Shown here piece after piece: positions 63,223 to 64,000 of a stretch of DNA of 64,000 bases. Numbering within the stretch: position 1 is the stretch's first letter; each line of letters opens with the position of its first letter. This DNA comes from Armatimonadota bacterium. Its GTDB lineage: Bacteria > Armatimonadota > DTGP01 > JAKQQT01. The notes under the pieces are model-generated. The model worked only from the letters and a program-made list of their open reading frames with translations. It searched no databases and was not told where the DNA came from. A program made the translations under genes and the position numbers. The stretch is taken from assembly GCA_036504855.1 (NCBI GenBank), contig DASXUL010000185.1, positions 21,634 through 85,633 on the forward strand. The letters are read 5' to 3'.

Positions 63223-63540
63223 CTATGGCGTGCGGCCGATGCTGCCCAAGATTTCGCCGTTGGGGCCCAGAATCTCCACGATGAGCGGCATTTGGCCGGC
63301 GGCGTGCGCGGTGCAACTGAGGCAGGGGGCGTAGGCGCGGATGGCGGCTTCCACCTGGTTCAGCATCGGCTCGGTGGGCTTGCGGCCGTCCACGAAGGAC
63401 TCAGCCGCTAGATCATCGATTCCATCAGTTCCCGGCGCGGTTGTCGTGAGCCCGAGATCACGATACAACATGGCTTGGCAAGCCGGCATATCTGGAGCGA
63501 GGAGCATTCGCCAATATGATGGATGTGAAGACGGCGGCAA
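63223..63540 (-). pseudogene. C-terminal remnant of a [NiFe]-hydrogenase large subunit (HoxH/group-3-like)
   Basis: 'LNQVEAAIRAYAPCLSCTAHAAGQMPLIVEILGPNGEIL' matches the conserved C-terminal '(D)PCxxCxxH' nickel-ligand motif region. Only about the last 80-100 residues are present, with D replaced by A in the motif. Upstream sequence is replaced by an oppositely oriented gene. Confidence 0.6.
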
Positions 63541-64000
63541 TCATTGGAAGCGTCGCGGTGGGAGCGCTGGGGGCGGCCATCGCCGCCAGGCGCGGAGTGG
63601 CCGGCGGAAGAGTGGTCGTCGCCGGCGTCGTTTTGGCGACTGCTGCCGTTCTGGGCATGTTCGCCAGTTGCGGATTCGCCCAACCCGAACGGCGTTACAT
63701 CGGGCAGTGCGGGACGTGGTTGCTGCTCGCCAGCTTCGGCGTGATGTTCGTGGGTGGGCAGAAGCGCCACTTTGAGCGATTGCGGGCGCAATGGGAGTCC
63801 GGCGGAGTTGCAGGGGTGCGCGCGGTGATGAAGGAGTCGACCTCCTGGCCGGTTTGGCTGATATTCATCGGCTTCAGCGCGCTTGGCCATGTCGTTGATC
63901 AACCGTCCTTCTACAAATGGCTCGCAACTGACGGTCCCGGACTGGTTGCGATCCTGCTCCTCTTTATCGCCCTTCAGATTGTGGACGTTCAGCTCGTACG
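63516..64000 (+). CDS. Hypothetical membrane protein (paralog 2), partial, runs off the window
   Basis: Not in the ORF track because it has no stop. ATG preceded by 'GGAGCGAGGAG'. Translation begins MMDVKTAAIIGSVAVGALGAAIAARRGVAGGRVVVAGVVLATAAVLGMFASCGFAQPERRYIGQCGTW...RHFERLRAQWESGGVAGVRAV... Confidence 0.55.
   Translation, partial: MMDVKTAAIIGSVAVGALGAAIAARRGVAGGRVVVAGVVLATAAVLGMFASCGFAQPERRYIGQCGTWLLLASFGVMFVGGQKRHFERLRAQWESGGVAGVRAVMKESTSWPVWLIFIGFSALGHVVDQPSFYKWLATDGPGLVAILLLFIALQIVDVQLV

Overview
High-GC bacterial chromosomal segment. It resembles a diderm lineage rich in prepilin-like 'DUF1559' proteins (Armatimonadota or PVC-like), but that is a guess and taxonomy cannot be proven from this window. 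Flagellar biology dominates. (1) At 7.6-21.3 kb there is a divergent unit. The minus strand carries an NtrC-type response regulator, a GAF-GAF histidine kinase and rpoN. The plus strand carries flgF-flgG-flgA-flgH-flgI-flgJ(rod-binding only)-flgM-flgN-flgK-flgL-fliW-csrA behind a near-consensus sigma-54 promoter. (2) At 21.8-28.1 kb lies the filament unit: fliC (with a leader containing two GGA hairpins), flaG, fliD, fliS, a FliT-like ORF and an M14 peptidase. (3) At 29.1-36.8 kb on the minus strand lies flhB-flhA-flhF-flhG-pilZ-(75 aa)-fliA-(100 aa)-(DUF2802-like). It sits behind a sigma-54 promoter whose 20-mer is identical to the flgF one. A REP-flanked RAYT (IS200-like Y1 transposase) lies immediately upstream. 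The rest is housekeeping and accessory: GH130, RsbW-like kinase, VanW, tdk, an MFS-HEAT fusion, DinB, a nucleotidyltransferase pair, a D-cysteine desulfhydrase-like enzyme, a CoA-binding protein, a 1075-aa BNR/dockerin protein, an M24 peptidase, a TetR/hydrolase/GH51-like cluster, a 5'-nucleotidase, a GGDEF/HD-GYP sensor, a pentapeptide protein and ParDE. Features not explained by gene calls include the following. A ~4 kb two-gene cargo (1042-aa Ank/propeller/Trx-like/lectin/transglutaminase mosaic protein plus a PNPOx-like protein) is bracketed by ~300-bp direct repeats. A family of heptanucleotide tandem arrays, often forming long hairpins, sits exactly at gene boundaries. A 35-bp perfect inverted-repeat MITE-like element lies inside the regulator operon. 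A Cys4 insert occurs in sigma-54 region II. There is a frameshifted pilin-like gene, a [NiFe]-hydrogenase large-subunit C-terminal remnant beside ParDE between two paralogous membrane genes, and a well-supported 56-aa ORF missing from the ORF track. No rRNA, tRNA or CRISPR array was found. All function calls rest on by-eye motif recognition, not database searches.
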